NCBI RefSeq assembly: GCF_000020225.1
Contig: NC_010655.1
Location: 2,632,103 to 2,664,102 of the forward strand
DNA length: 32,000 nucleotides
Direction: 5' to 3'
Origin: Akkermansia muciniphila ATCC BAA-835
GTDB taxonomy: Bacteria; Verrucomicrobiota; Verrucomicrobiia; Verrucomicrobiales; Akkermansiaceae
Shown here: positions 1 to 8,765 of the stretch, in pieces
How positions within the stretch are numbered: the first letter of the stretch is position 1
How the letters are laid out: the number at the start of each line of letters is the position of its first letter
Made by a program: the position numbers and the translations under genes
Notes under the pieces: generated by a model
What the model was told of the DNA's origin: nothing
Database searches by the model: none
What the model saw: only the letters and a program-made list of their open reading frames with translations

Positions 1-837
1 TACCTGCGCGCGGCCCTGGCCGGAACCGCCGTCCATACGCTCCGCGGAAAGTGGTGCCCGCAGGCTTATGCCGACCTGATGAAAAGTTCCGGAGCCAGAT
101 GGTCCTCCCTGGTCCCCACGCAGGTAGTGGATCTGGTCAGCCTCGGCCTCCGCGCGCCTTCCACCGCCGGGTGCATTATCGTAGGCGGCGGCGCGCTGGA
201 CACGGAGACGGGACGGAAAGCACGCACCCTTGGCTGGCCCGTAGTGCAGAGCTACGGCATGACGGAAGCCGGCTCCCAATTAGCCACGGCCCTTCCCGGA
301 GATTCCTTCCATACGGACCGCCTTTCCCTTCTGCCCCATTGGGAAGCTCAGACGGACAAAGGCGGCCTCCTGCGCTTCCAGGGGAAAGGCAAATTGTTCG
401 GCCGCCTGTTGACGCAGGCTCATGGAGGGTTCCTTCTGGAAAGAGTCGCTCCGCAGGAGTGGTGGAGCACCCGCGACCTGGTGCGCCTGGAAGGGCGTTT
501 GCTGACCTTTCTGCGCCGGGCGGACAGACTTGTCAAAGTCCTGGGGGAACTGGTGGATCCGGATGCCGTTCAGGACGTTTTGCGCCGCAGCGTCCCGGAG
601 GCTGTCGTGGAGGCAGTTCCACATCCGCGCGCCGGAATGGAACTGGTCGCCTGCGGCCCTTCCGCCGCCCCCCTGAAGCAGGCCTGCCGCGAGTGGAATG
701 CGTCGGCCCCAGGCCCCCAGCGCATCCGCGCCGTCATGGAAACGCCCATCCCCCTCACGGTCATGGGAAAGCTGGACAGAAACCGGCTGCGCTCCCAGTT
801 GAGCGATCATCCGGAAAAGTTGAAGGGAATTTACTAA
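1..837 (+). CDS. AMP-binding (ANL superfamily) acyl-CoA ligase-like enzyme, C-terminal ~278 codons; the 5' end lies outside the window
   Basis: Frame 1 is open from base 1 into the listed 79..837 ORF. It carries the ANL 'YGMTE' motif (tac ggc atg acg gaa, 253-267) and the C-terminal catalytic-lysine context 'MGKLDRNRL' (763-789). Stop TAA at 835-837. The hinge region is divergent (RRADRLVKVLGELV instead of GRxDD..GGENI), so a MenE-like role is only a guess. Confidence 0.7.
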   Translation, partial: YLRAALAGTAVHTLRGKWCPQAYADLMKSSGARWSSLVPTQVVDLVSLGLRAPSTAGCIIVGGGALDTETGRKARTLGWPVVQSYGMTEAGSQLATALPGDSFHTDRLSLLPHWEAQTDKGGLLRFQGKGKLFGRLLTQAHGGFLLERVAPQEWWSTRDLVRLEGRLLTFLRRADRLVKVLGELVDPDAVQDVLRRSVPEAVVEAVPHPRAGMELVACGPSAAPLKQACREWNASAPGPQRIRAVMETPIPLTVMGKLDRNRLRSQLSDHPEKLKGIY

Positions 838-1121
838 AAGGTAATCTTCCGGGGATATTCATCAAAAGAATCCGGACCTGATGGAATGAAGAAATACGGC
901 GGGGTTGGAATCCCCAATCCCTTGCCCACTTCATTCATCCCGTCTCCCAGGAAGCCATTTTCCTCCGCCTTGCGGGCTTCCGCACGCGTCTTCGGAACCA
1001 CCCGGTCCCACTCCATTTTTTTTCTTTAAAAAAGAACGTGACATGACCAATAATTAAACATTCAGACACGTGAAAAACGCTTGTAGGGCAGAGGTTTTTC
1101 CTGCTAGAAAAGAGTTGACCC

Positions 1122-3884
1122 ATGCGAGCCCGTCTTTTGCTTATTCCCTTTATTTTTTCCGTTCCGGCTTATGGCCAGGACATTCCGTCCGCCGCAGCGG
1201 CAAATCCCCCCGGGCAGGTGAAATACGCTCCGGTCCGGAACCTCTCCCAACTGCCTATGGACGGCGGCTGGACGTACGGGGAAGTGCTGGACAAAGCCGC
1301 GGCTGGAGACTTCCGGGCCAATATGCTGGCCGGGGAATACTGGATGGGGCTTTATTACCTGAACCGTGGAGACCTGCCGCTGGCCTGCCTGGAACATATG
1401 CAGCATTTTTTCCGTGATGCGGCCACGGCATCCGGCCATCCGGCACCCAAGCTCATGATGACGGATCCTTACGGGATTTTCGGGATTTTCAAGGCGCAAC
1501 CCATGCAACCGGAACATGCGGAATGGCTGGCTGCCTGCCGCAAGCTTGCGGAAAAGGGAGACATGGATGCCGTTACGGCCCTGTACACCGTCACGGATCT
1601 TCCGGAAGCCGAGTTGAGACGCTACCTGGCCCCCCTGGAAAAGAAGGCCGCTTCCGGCGACCAGGATGCGCTGTCCCAGCTCGCTTTCATCAAAGTGGAT
1701 TGGCTGAAGGAAAATCCCGCCAACGTTATCGAGACCCTGAAGCAATACCGGAAAAACGCCAAACCGGTTCTTCTGGCGCGGATAGGGGAACTGGCCCTTG
1801 CCCTGGACGGCAAGGACGGCAGGGGATGGAGGGATACGGCCATTCAATCCCTTTCCCGGGCTGCGGAAAAGGGGCACGCGGGGGCCATGCGGCTTCTGGC
1901 GGAATTGACGAAGGGGGCCGCACCGGCACAGGCCGGAAAGCTTTTGGCGGAACTGCGCTCCAGAGGGGATCTGGAAACTCTGCTGGCGGACCTCTCCGCC
2001 GGCATGAAGGAAAAAACAGGGGGAGGTAAAAGCTCCCTCCTCCAGCCTTTGTTCGAGCAGGCCAGGAAACTGGGCAGCAATAACGCCTGTGCCTGGTACG
2101 CCCAGTTAATTTCCGAAGCGCAGCCCCCGCAGGAACAGGAGCTGCGCAAGGCGGCCCTTGATCTGCTGTCCCTTCATGACGAACGGGGCATGCCATACCT
2201 GAAGGAACCTCTGTCCTTCCCCCAGAAAAAACTCAACCAGCTTCCCCCCTACGCCAAGACACATAAGGAGCTTGAGCTGGCCTCTCAGCTTGGGGACGCA
2301 GATTCCAGCGTACAGTTGGGCGAGCTGTGGAAGGAGGAACTGGCCAATACACTGGATTCCGTAGGGAAGGCCCATGAAGCGCGGGAAAATATGCGCGTAT
2401 GGTACAGGCAGGCGGCGGAGGAAGGCCACCCCCTGGCCAGGCTGCGCCTGGCCCAAATGGAAAACCCGGACTTAATGGACAAACCGTCCGCAGAACCTGC
2501 CAGAACGCTGCTGAACGATTGCCTGGCAAAAGCCGCCGCAGGAGATTTCATCACGCTGAAAGGAATTTCCGAATACGTCACGCCGGAACAATGGGAACAG
2601 CTGACCGCCACCCTCCGTAAAAAAGCTCAGGGGGGGAACGCCCGCAGCCAGGCGGATCTGGCATACCTGATGTTATTCAGTTACAGGAGCGAAGAATCCG
2701 GCTACCCGGAAGCCCTGGCCTGGGCCCGGCTTTCCGCCGGACAGGGAGATCCCTGCGGCATGTACGTGCTCGGCCGCGCCCTCATTTATGAATTCGGCCT
2801 GGAAAAACGCATGGCCGAGGGGGATTCCTGGATGTTCCGGGGAGCCTTGAAAGGCCATGTGGATGCGGCGGACATGTGGAGTTCCAACAATGAGAACCTG
2901 CAGCCTTACAGCGCCATGATGCACGGTCTGGCGGCACGGGGGCATATCCCCTCCCTGCTTTTCCTGGCCAACCAGGCGGCCTATCCCCAGAATACGGGGG
3001 AAACAGCGGCCCTGGACAACGGATTCACTTCCGCCTGCCAGCAGGTCAAGCTGACCCTGAACGGAGGGGACGCCAACACTCCGCCGTGGCTCCGGAAACC
3101 GGAACAGAAGGGTAAGGGGGAAGATATTCCGGCGGATGCCGGAACCGTTCCTCCCTGGATGACCCCGTCCGGCAGGGAACGCCAGGCCCCGGCCCCGAAA
3201 ACCATCAATCCGGAAGCCGTGAAGTTCTGGGAACAAGCTGTGGAACTCGGCAGCCTGACGGCACTGGACGAGCTGGCCAATTATTATGAAACCGTGGCAG
3301 GGAATGTGCAGGAGCCTGCGGAACGGCAGCAGCTTCTGGCCTCTGCCATGACGGCAGCCACCGCCCTGGTGAAAAAGGAGGACGTACGCGGTTTCAAGAG
3401 GCTGGCCCGCTATTACGAGCAGGGCATCGGCGTGCAGCCGAACAGGGAACTGTACAAGGATTATGTACTGAAAGCCGCGGAAACCAGGGATCCGGAAGCT
3501 CTGGTGGAGAAGGCGCGCCTGCTCATCAAGGGAGAGGATCTGGAGCCGGACCCGAAAATGGCGCTGGATATTCTGACCGATCTGGAAGAGAACCAGACGC
3601 ATGCGGTGCCCGGCATGCATTTCCTGCTCGGCTACTTGCATGAAGAAGGCCTCGGCACCCCGCAGGATATGGCCCTGGCCTATCAGTTTTACATCAAGGG
3701 GGCGGAACAGGACGACGCCAAGTGCATGAACAACCTGGGTTCCATGTATGAACGCGGAACTGGCGTAGCCAAGAACCTGGCCGAAGCCCAAAAGTGGTAT
3801 GAACGGGCGGCGGAGCTGGGGAATGAAGACGCTCTTGCCAATGTGGAACGGGTAAGGGAAAAACTCAACACGAAGAAGAAATAG
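1122..3884 (+). CDS. Secreted Sel1-like repeat (SLR/TPR-type) protein, 920 aa
   Basis: ATG at 1122. N-terminal signal-like peptide MRARLLLIPFIFSVPAYGQ. Many Sel1-type repeats, for example 'CMNNLGSMYERGTGVAKNLAEAQKWYERAAELGNEDALANV', 'GMHFLLGYLHEEGLGTPQDMALAYQFYIKGAEQDDAKC' and 'RLARYYEQGIGVQPNRELYKDYVLKAAE'. Confidence 0.85.
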   Translation: MRARLLLIPFIFSVPAYGQDIPSAAAANPPGQVKYAPVRNLSQLPMDGGWTYGEVLDKAAAGDFRANMLAGEYWMGLYYLNRGDLPLACLEHMQHFFRDAATASGHPAPKLMMTDPYGIFGIFKAQPMQPEHAEWLAACRKLAEKGDMDAVTALYTVTDLPEAELRRYLAPLEKKAASGDQDALSQLAFIKVDWLKENPANVIETLKQYRKNAKPVLLARIGELALALDGKDGRGWRDTAIQSLSRAAEKGHAGAMRLLAELTKGAAPAQAGKLLAELRSRGDLETLLADLSAGMKEKTGGGKSSLLQPLFEQARKLGSNNACAWYAQLISEAQPPQEQELRKAALDLLSLHDERGMPYLKEPLSFPQKKLNQLPPYAKTHKELELASQLGDADSSVQLGELWKEELANTLDSVGKAHEARENMRVWYRQAAEEGHPLARLRLAQMENPDLMDKPSAEPARTLLNDCLAKAAAGDFITLKGISEYVTPEQWEQLTATLRKKAQGGNARSQADLAYLMLFSYRSEESGYPEALAWARLSAGQGDPCGMYVLGRALIYEFGLEKRMAEGDSWMFRGALKGHVDAADMWSSNNENLQPYSAMMHGLAARGHIPSLLFLANQAAYPQNTGETAALDNGFTSACQQVKLTLNGGDANTPPWLRKPEQKGKGEDIPADAGTVPPWMTPSGRERQAPAPKTINPEAVKFWEQAVELGSLTALDELANYYETVAGNVQEPAERQQLLASAMTAATALVKKEDVRGFKRLARYYEQGIGVQPNRELYKDYVLKAAETRDPEALVEKARLLIKGEDLEPDPKMALDILTDLEENQTHAVPGMHFLLGYLHEEGLGTPQDMALAYQFYIKGAEQDDAKCMNNLGSMYERGTGVAKNLAEAQKWYERAAELGNEDALANVERVREKLNTKKK

Positions 3885-3969
3885 GCTCCTTTCCCGTTCC
3901 GGAAATGCCACGGAATGGCGGTGGAACACAAATTTTTGGCACAGGTTTCTGCAGACGGCAGAAAATAAT

Positions 3970-3994
3970 GCGTGCGAAGCGGACGCGATTTTTT
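3970..3994 (+). terminator. Possible intrinsic terminator downstream of the Sel1-repeat gene
   Basis: gcgtgcgaagcggacgc forms GCGT/ACGC plus an inner CG/CG pairing with one G-G mismatch, followed by gaTTTTTT (3989-3994). It lies about 86 nt after the stop codon. The stem is short. Confidence 0.35.
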
Positions 3995-4060
3995 AAAGCG
4001 CCCCTGCCTGTTTCAAAGGAAGCAATGCTTTTGTAATTCGAGTATTTTGTACAAACAGCC

Positions 4061-4083
4061 GCCCGTCCGGTTGCGGTACGGGC
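4061..4083 (-). other. GC-rich hairpin in the convergent intergenic region; a weak terminator candidate for the GH18 gene
   Basis: gcccgt-ccg-gttg-cgg-t-acgggc gives 9 bp with one bulge and a GTTG loop. On the minus strand it is followed only by GGCTGTTTGT, which is a poor U-tract. Confidence 0.25.
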
Positions 4084-4182
4084 ACGCGGCGCTCCCCAGC
4101 CGGGCATGCCCCGCCGGACCGTATAGATTTCTCAAAAAACGGAAGCTGGAACGGAATTTTTTTCAGAAAGGACGTACCTAAG

Positions 4183-7100
4183 TTATTCCCGAGTCACTTT
4201 CAACCGCAAAAACCGGCGTTCCATCCCGCTTTCCCGTACGGGTTCCGCATCCCAAAATTCGGCAGCCGTCTTTCCGGCGGTTTCCACTTCTCCCAGGGAA
4301 ATCCAGTCGACCAGGTCCGTGGAGGCTTCCACTTCATGCTTCACATCCGTTGCCTGCGGATTTACAGGCCAGCGCAGCACCAGATGCATGCATCCGTCCT
4401 CCCCCTCTTCCAGCGTTACTTTCGTAACGCTCCCGCAGGGTTTCAACGGATCCTGTCCTGTGGCGTATTTCATCAGGTTGGGGATACCGTCCCCGGCAGG
4501 AACGGCATCCGCAGCCGTCCGGTCCGCGGCAGCATCCGGAGGGAAGGAGTCCTGCACCCACTTGTCGTAGCCCGTCAATTCGGCGCCATCCTGCGTTATG
4601 ATGACAGAGCATTCCTGTTTGTCGGAAGAACGGAAGATTACCGTCCCGAACCGTCCGTCAGCGGATTTGTTTTCCGCCGCCGTCAAAATGACTGTAGTCC
4701 GGCCGATTCCCGAAACGGTAGAGGCGGAAATCCAGTCCGGACAATCTGCGACCACCCAGCCCAGAGCCTTCTCTTCCGACTGCACTTCCACCGCCACGGC
4801 ACCGCCCCCGGCCGGGACGGTTTCCCCCGCAGAAGAAAGGGCAAAGGGGGCCGGAGTATCCGGATAAGCGGTGGAGGAAACATAACGGTTGGCGGCCCGA
4901 AGCAGGCAGCATTCGTCAAAGTAGTTGTTCTTCCCAGAGGAATCCGCCACATCCATTCCCAAATCCCAGTACATGAACCCAGCCACTTTCTGTTCACTGA
5001 TGTAGCGGGCCTTTTTCCTGACCGTATCCACACCATTGAAGTGCAGCGTCTTAACCTTGCCTCCGCCATAATTGAAGCTGGCGGAATCCAGAGAAGGATC
5101 CTCCCGAACTCCGGCGCAGGCTGAGACAATGTCCCGGTAAGCCCGGATATCGGCGCCCTGCCCCGCGCCCGGAGTCCCCTGGAACGGAGCGCTGAGCATG
5201 ATCTTGGAGTCCGGATAGCCCCATGAACGGTATGTTCCGCATGCGGAAACCATGCTGCTATATCCGTTTACATCAATCTGGGGGCCATAATTCTGGAACG
5301 TGAAATAATCCACATAACGCATGCAGGCCGCCGGGAATTTGTAATAGTAGGTATGCAGGGAAATGGTAAAAAACATATCCGGGGAAGCCGCCCGGATAGC
5401 CCTGGCCAATTCTCCGTAATTATTCCAGGCGGCCGTATCGTTCTGGTCAATCCATTCGAAGTCCAGATCCAGTCCGTCCAATTGATGCTTGCGTACCACT
5501 TCCGCCACATTTTCGGCAAAAGCCTCACGGGCATTTGCATCAGACAGCATGGCGGACCAGTTCCCGCCGGAGACACCCAGCCGTATCCGCATTCCGGAAA
5601 CGCCTTCAGTCAGCCTGCGGAGGATACGGACATGTTCCACCCAGGAAGCTGTATCATGGCCAAATTGGTCACTTGTCCCCCAGCGGCCCACCAACAACCT
5701 GTCTCCCCAGCTGTGCTGGACAGCCGCCCCCAGGCGGGCCGCCGCACGGGCCTCATGCCACACGCGCATTTCATCAATTCTGCCATCCAAATTCCTTCCT
5801 ATGACGGCATTGGCAGTTCCCTCCATTTCCCCCGCATCCGCGGCGGCCGTGCTTACGGCCTCCCCGTCCACATAAAAGGACGCCGTATCCGCAGAAGAAT
5901 TCCTGACGAAGGCCAGCCAGAAATACCTGCCGGCTTCCACAGGCGGCAAATCCGCCTCCCAGGCTTTATCCGGGCCTGCCTGGGTACGGACCCTGTAATG
6001 GTCTTCCTTCCATTCCAGCCTCATGGAAACGTTATCATTTTCAAACAGCACCGCCTCCTGTCCGTCTCCGTCCAAAGCCATGCGGACTTCCACGGTAAAC
6101 GCTCCGGAACTGCCGCCGCCCAGCAAACCTCCGCCCACGTTCATGTAAGCCCCTTCCCCGGAGAAGTCCAGGACATTGGAACATTCCCCGTCAGACGGCA
6201 GCAGAACCACACCGGAGCTTTCCGTCACGTCATTGTCCGGATATTGAAAATTGAGAGAACCGTCCGCGGCCGGCGTAACGGAATTGATGTAGATCAAATC
6301 GGAATTATTGATGAGATGGGCGCGCGCCGGCCAGTCATAAATAACATGCACATTCCTCACATACGCCGTCACCAGCATGTAACGGAACGTTTCATTATCC
6401 GTGACAATGGAAAATTCAGTCCCTTCAGGGGCAACCGCCTGGTAAGGGCGCACAAAGGCGCTCCCTGTCTTTTCCGCAAATTCCGTCCACTTGGCATCAC
6501 GGAAATCCCCATCCAGACGCCAGCAGCCCACCAGCCTCCCATACCTGGGATGGGACAGGGGCAACGGTCCGTTCAAGAAAAAGTCGTCTTCCTCCCCGCC
6601 CAGAGCCGCATTCCAGAAACGCAGTTCATCCAGAGCACCCTTGAACCCCGCCTCCAGCACAATCCCTTTCCAGCCTGATTTCATGGCCTGCAGGTAAGGC
6701 GACCGCGGCGAGGAAACGGCCAGGCCTCCGTCCACATACAGACTGATAACCTCCTCCCCGACGGAGACGGCTACATGGTGCCATTCCCCCGCAGCCAATT
6801 CCTTCCCGGCAGCTTTCACGGAAGCGACGGAATCCCCATCCGGAGCAGACAGAGCCAGACAACCGTGTTCCAGGGAAACAGACGCATTTCCCAAAGAAAT
6901 GATTTTTCCCGTGACGGCATCATCATTGGGCCTGACCCAGAATTCACAGGTTAACTGGCCTTCAGCCGCCCATGTGGAAGAAGGAACGGGGAACGCAAGA
7001 GAAGAAGGAAGAAAAATGAGCGCCTTATTGTGCAAGACGCTGACAGGCCGGGGATCCGGAACTTCCGGAGCCGGGGAATCGTCCGTACTGACGGTAACGG

Positions 7101-7884
7101 CATTCAGTTCCATGCGGCCGGAAGCGCTGCTGTCCGCCTCCTTGGTCACATCAAACACCAGCCTGCCCTGTTCATCCGCACAGGCCCTCCACTCCACAGC
7201 CAGATAAGCGTCCTGTTCCGATGAATTGGAAAGACCGGAAAATTGATTCCCGGAAAGGCTCCCCATGGAACTTTGAAGCCCCCGCACATCCACCAGAGTT
7301 CCGCTGACCAGCGTCATGGATTCATAAGCAGGCGCATTGTGCCCGCAAAAGAAAGATACCGTATATTCCTTGCCCGCCTGGAATCCGGAGAAGGAAAGCC
7401 TGGCCGCGGCGGAGGCGGACGGCATCCCGTTGGCGCTCAGACGCATGCTGGTATTGAAAGCTTCGCAGCCATTGGGGAATTCAAAAGAAGAAGGCGCGTC
7501 AGCGTTCGTACCGTTGTGCCTGTGCTTCCCCCCTTCATACCAGGTATACCGGGTATTGGGTTCCGCCAGCGTATAAGAACCTCCAGAACTGCATCTGGCG
7601 GAGACGGTCAGGGAAACCAGCCTTCCGAACAGGCTTCCCACTGCCACGGACGAAGAAGAAGAAGCCGCACCATTCCTGATTAACGGAACGGCAACAAATG
7701 TATTGGCGCCTCCCGATGCCGTTGCTGGCATGGTTACATTGGTCCATCCCTCCTGCGCCGTTCCGGAACCATTACCCAGGTCTATGCCGAAGCCGGACGT
7801 CTCCGCCGCCTGCAGGACACAGACGCCTCCCGCAAAAAACGCTGTCAGCAAATGGGCTGCCCTCTTGAAAAACACCTTAACCAT
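4183..7884 (-). CDS. Large secreted multidomain glycoside hydrolase family 18 protein: unknown N-terminal domain, 2 x LamG/concanavalin-like domains, GH18 catalytic domain, BACON-like domain and a C-terminal module
   Basis: The preferred start is the internal ATG at 7882-7884, giving MVKVFFKRAAHLLTAFFAGGVCVLQAAE (signal peptide). The ORF-track start at 8016 adds a non-signal extension. An intact GH18 DxxDxDxE motif 'DGLDLDFE' lies at 5455-5478. LamG_3-type signatures are 'EWHHVAVSVGEEVISLYVDGG...FKGALDELRFWNAALG' (~6600-6960) and 'YFWLAFVRN..ASFYVDGE...GRNLDGRIDEMRVWHEA' (~5750-6105). The BACON-like segment is 'GWVVADCPDWISASTVSGIGRTTVILTAAENKSADGRFGTVIFRS..CSVIITQDG' (~4585-4765). The C-terminal tail has 'GDGIPNLMKYATGQDP' and ends 'RRFLRLKVTRE'. 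Confidence 0.85.
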   Translation of the reverse strand: MVKVFFKRAAHLLTAFFAGGVCVLQAAETSGFGIDLGNGSGTAQEGWTNVTMPATASGGANTFVAVPLIRNGAASSSSSVAVGSLFGRLVSLTVSARCSSGGSYTLAEPNTRYTWYEGGKHRHNGTNADAPSSFEFPNGCEAFNTSMRLSANGMPSASAAARLSFSGFQAGKEYTVSFFCGHNAPAYESMTLVSGTLVDVRGLQSSMGSLSGNQFSGLSNSSEQDAYLAVEWRACADEQGRLVFDVTKEADSSASGRMELNAVTVSTDDSPAPEVPDPRPVSVLHNKALIFLPSSLAFPVPSSTWAAEGQLTCEFWVRPNDDAVTGKIISLGNASVSLEHGCLALSAPDGDSVASVKAAGKELAAGEWHHVAVSVGEEVISLYVDGGLAVSSPRSPYLQAMKSGWKGIVLEAGFKGALDELRFWNAALGGEEDDFFLNGPLPLSHPRYGRLVGCWRLDGDFRDAKWTEFAEKTGSAFVRPYQAVAPEGTEFSIVTDNETFRYMLVTAYVRNVHVIYDWPARAHLINNSDLIYINSVTPAADGSLNFQYPDNDVTESSGVVLLPSDGECSNVLDFSGEGAYMNVGGGLLGGGSSGAFTVEVRMALDGDGQEAVLFENDNVSMRLEWKEDHYRVRTQAGPDKAWEADLPPVEAGRYFWLAFVRNSSADTASFYVDGEAVSTAAADAGEMEGTANAVIGRNLDGRIDEMRVWHEARAAARLGAAVQHSWGDRLLVGRWGTSDQFGHDTASWVEHVRILRRLTEGVSGMRIRLGVSGGNWSAMLSDANAREAFAENVAEVVRKHQLDGLDLDFEWIDQNDTAAWNNYGELARAIRAASPDMFFTISLHTYYYKFPAACMRYVDYFTFQNYGPQIDVNGYSSMVSACGTYRSWGYPDSKIMLSAPFQGTPGAGQGADIRAYRDIVSACAGVREDPSLDSASFNYGGGKVKTLHFNGVDTVRKKARYISEQKVAGFMYWDLGMDVADSSGKNNYFDECCLLRAANRYVSSTAYPDTPAPFALSSAGETVPAGGGAVAVEVQSEEKALGWVVADCPDWISASTVSGIGRTTVILTAAENKSADGRFGTVIFRSSDKQECSVIITQDGAELTGYDKWVQDSFPPDAAADRTAADAVPAGDGIPNLMKYATGQDPLKPCGSVTKVTLEEGEDGCMHLVLRWPVNPQATDVKHEVEASTDLVDWISLGEVETAGKTAAEFWDAEPVRESGMERRFLRLKVTRE

Positions 7885-7950
7885 AAATACCGTCCGCCAT
7901 TTTATCCGTCCCTGTCCATCAAACCAGAAAAAACTGCGTGGAAAACGGAT

Positions 7951-7979
7951 AAAAAAGAGGGGATGAACCATCCCCCCTT
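7951..7979 (-). terminator. Rho-independent terminator after the PEP-CTERM gene
   Basis: The minus-strand RNA is GAAGGGGGGAU-GGUUC-AUCCCCUCUUUUUUAU. The stem is about 9 bp including one G-U pair, the loop is 5 nt, and a U6 tract follows. It lies 56 nt after the stop at 8035 and 67 nt before the GH18 start. Confidence 0.6.
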
Positions 7980-8034
7980 CGCACAAAACCGGCTTGGACA
8001 CAGCCTGTCCGGTCAATCACCTGTATGACCGTCA

Positions 8035-8733
8035 TCAGTTTCTGCGGCGGCGCAGAAGAAGGGCGCCCAGGCCAAGAAGTCCCAGAGAGGCCGTAGCCGG
8101 TTCCGGAACAACTTCTCCCAAAAGGCGTATATTGGTAATATCAGCGGCCATTCCAGCGCCAGCTCCCAATGTTGACGTTTCCATAGAGTTGAATATCAAT
8201 CCATAAGACGCATATTCATCCGTTCCGCTCAAATCCAAGCTAATGGAAAAGGAAGAGGGAGTGTTCGTCAGGTTCGTCTTGGCGTTTTCCAATGTCCACG
8301 TTCCTATGACCGTAGATTCTCCATCATCCGAGAAACCATAAACATTGCAAATATATTTGCATTCAAAATTCCCAAGGGAACCACCCCAAGAAGAAGTTTT
8401 GGCAATATCAAACTGCAGGGAGGCGGAAGCCGCCCCAGACGGCATGTCAAATTTGAGTCCGGCAAAATTTCCTCCGGCATTATTGGAGGCCACGGCTCCG
8501 ATTTGCAACCTGAGGACTCCTTCGTCAAACCCTACCTGACCACTTAAACTACTGCTTTCCCAAGTCCCGTGCCATTCCCCGACATTATAACCGAAGACGT
8601 TTTGAGGAGTGATCCCGGAAGAAGAAACACCTGTAGTCCCAGAACCCGTCGGGGACAGGTCAATGGAAAACGAAGAAGCATGAACCATAGGAACCAACGC
8701 CAAAACCGCCAAGAGACACAATGTTTTTCTCAT
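8035..8733 (-). CDS. PEP-CTERM sorting-domain protein (exosortase substrate-type), Ser/Thr/Gly/Asn-rich
   Basis: The C-terminus 'VPEPATASLGLLGLGALLLRRRRN*' has a PEP motif (8098-8106), a hydrophobic helix and an Arg cluster. The preferred start is the ATG at 8731-8733, giving MRKTLCLLAVLALVPMVHASS (signal peptide). G+C is about 42% by hand count over 8161-8400. Confidence 0.8.
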   Translation of the reverse strand: MRKTLCLLAVLALVPMVHASSFSIDLSPTGSGTTGVSSSGITPQNVFGYNVGEWHGTWESSSLSGQVGFDEGVLRLQIGAVASNNAGGNFAGLKFDMPSGAASASLQFDIAKTSSWGGSLGNFECKYICNVYGFSDDGESTVIGTWTLENAKTNLTNTPSSFSISLDLSGTDEYASYGLIFNSMETSTLGAGAGMAADITNIRLLGEVVPEPATASLGLLGLGALLLRRRRN

Positions 8734-8750
8734 AACAATCCGTTCCATAT

Positions 8751-8765
8751 CGGATTTAGAATCCG
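8751..8765. promoter_or_regulatory. Palindromic 15-mer cggatttagaatccg (copy 1), 18 nt upstream of the PEP-CTERM start codon
   Basis: It is the exact reverse complement of the 15-mer at 9023-9037. The arms CGGATT/AATCCG are self-complementary. Confidence 0.4.

Noticed and set aside
3972-4181. 69-aa plus-strand ORF in the convergent Sel1/GH18 intergenic region
   Set aside because: Its composition is Arg/Cys/Phe-rich and unlike proteins here. It spans hairpin and palindrome sequences and lies between two convergent 3' ends.
5353-6678. 441-aa plus-strand ORF inside the GH18 gene, plus the other smaller ORFs listed between 4319 and 7966
   Set aside because: It is an antisense shadow or an off-frame ORF. 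The minus-strand frame has the signal peptide, LamG, GH18 DxxDxDxE and BACON-like signatures.
7885-8016. N-terminal extensions implied by the ORF track. They affect GH18 (8016), PEP-CTERM (8775), the oxidoreductase (10527), argS (16438), GNAT (18081), the thioredoxin-like gene (18759) and TfoX (20244).
   Set aside because: In each case an internal ATG gives a canonical N-terminus (a signal peptide, a Rossmann motif or the family-typical start). The extension would bury the signal peptide or overlap the upstream gene or terminator.
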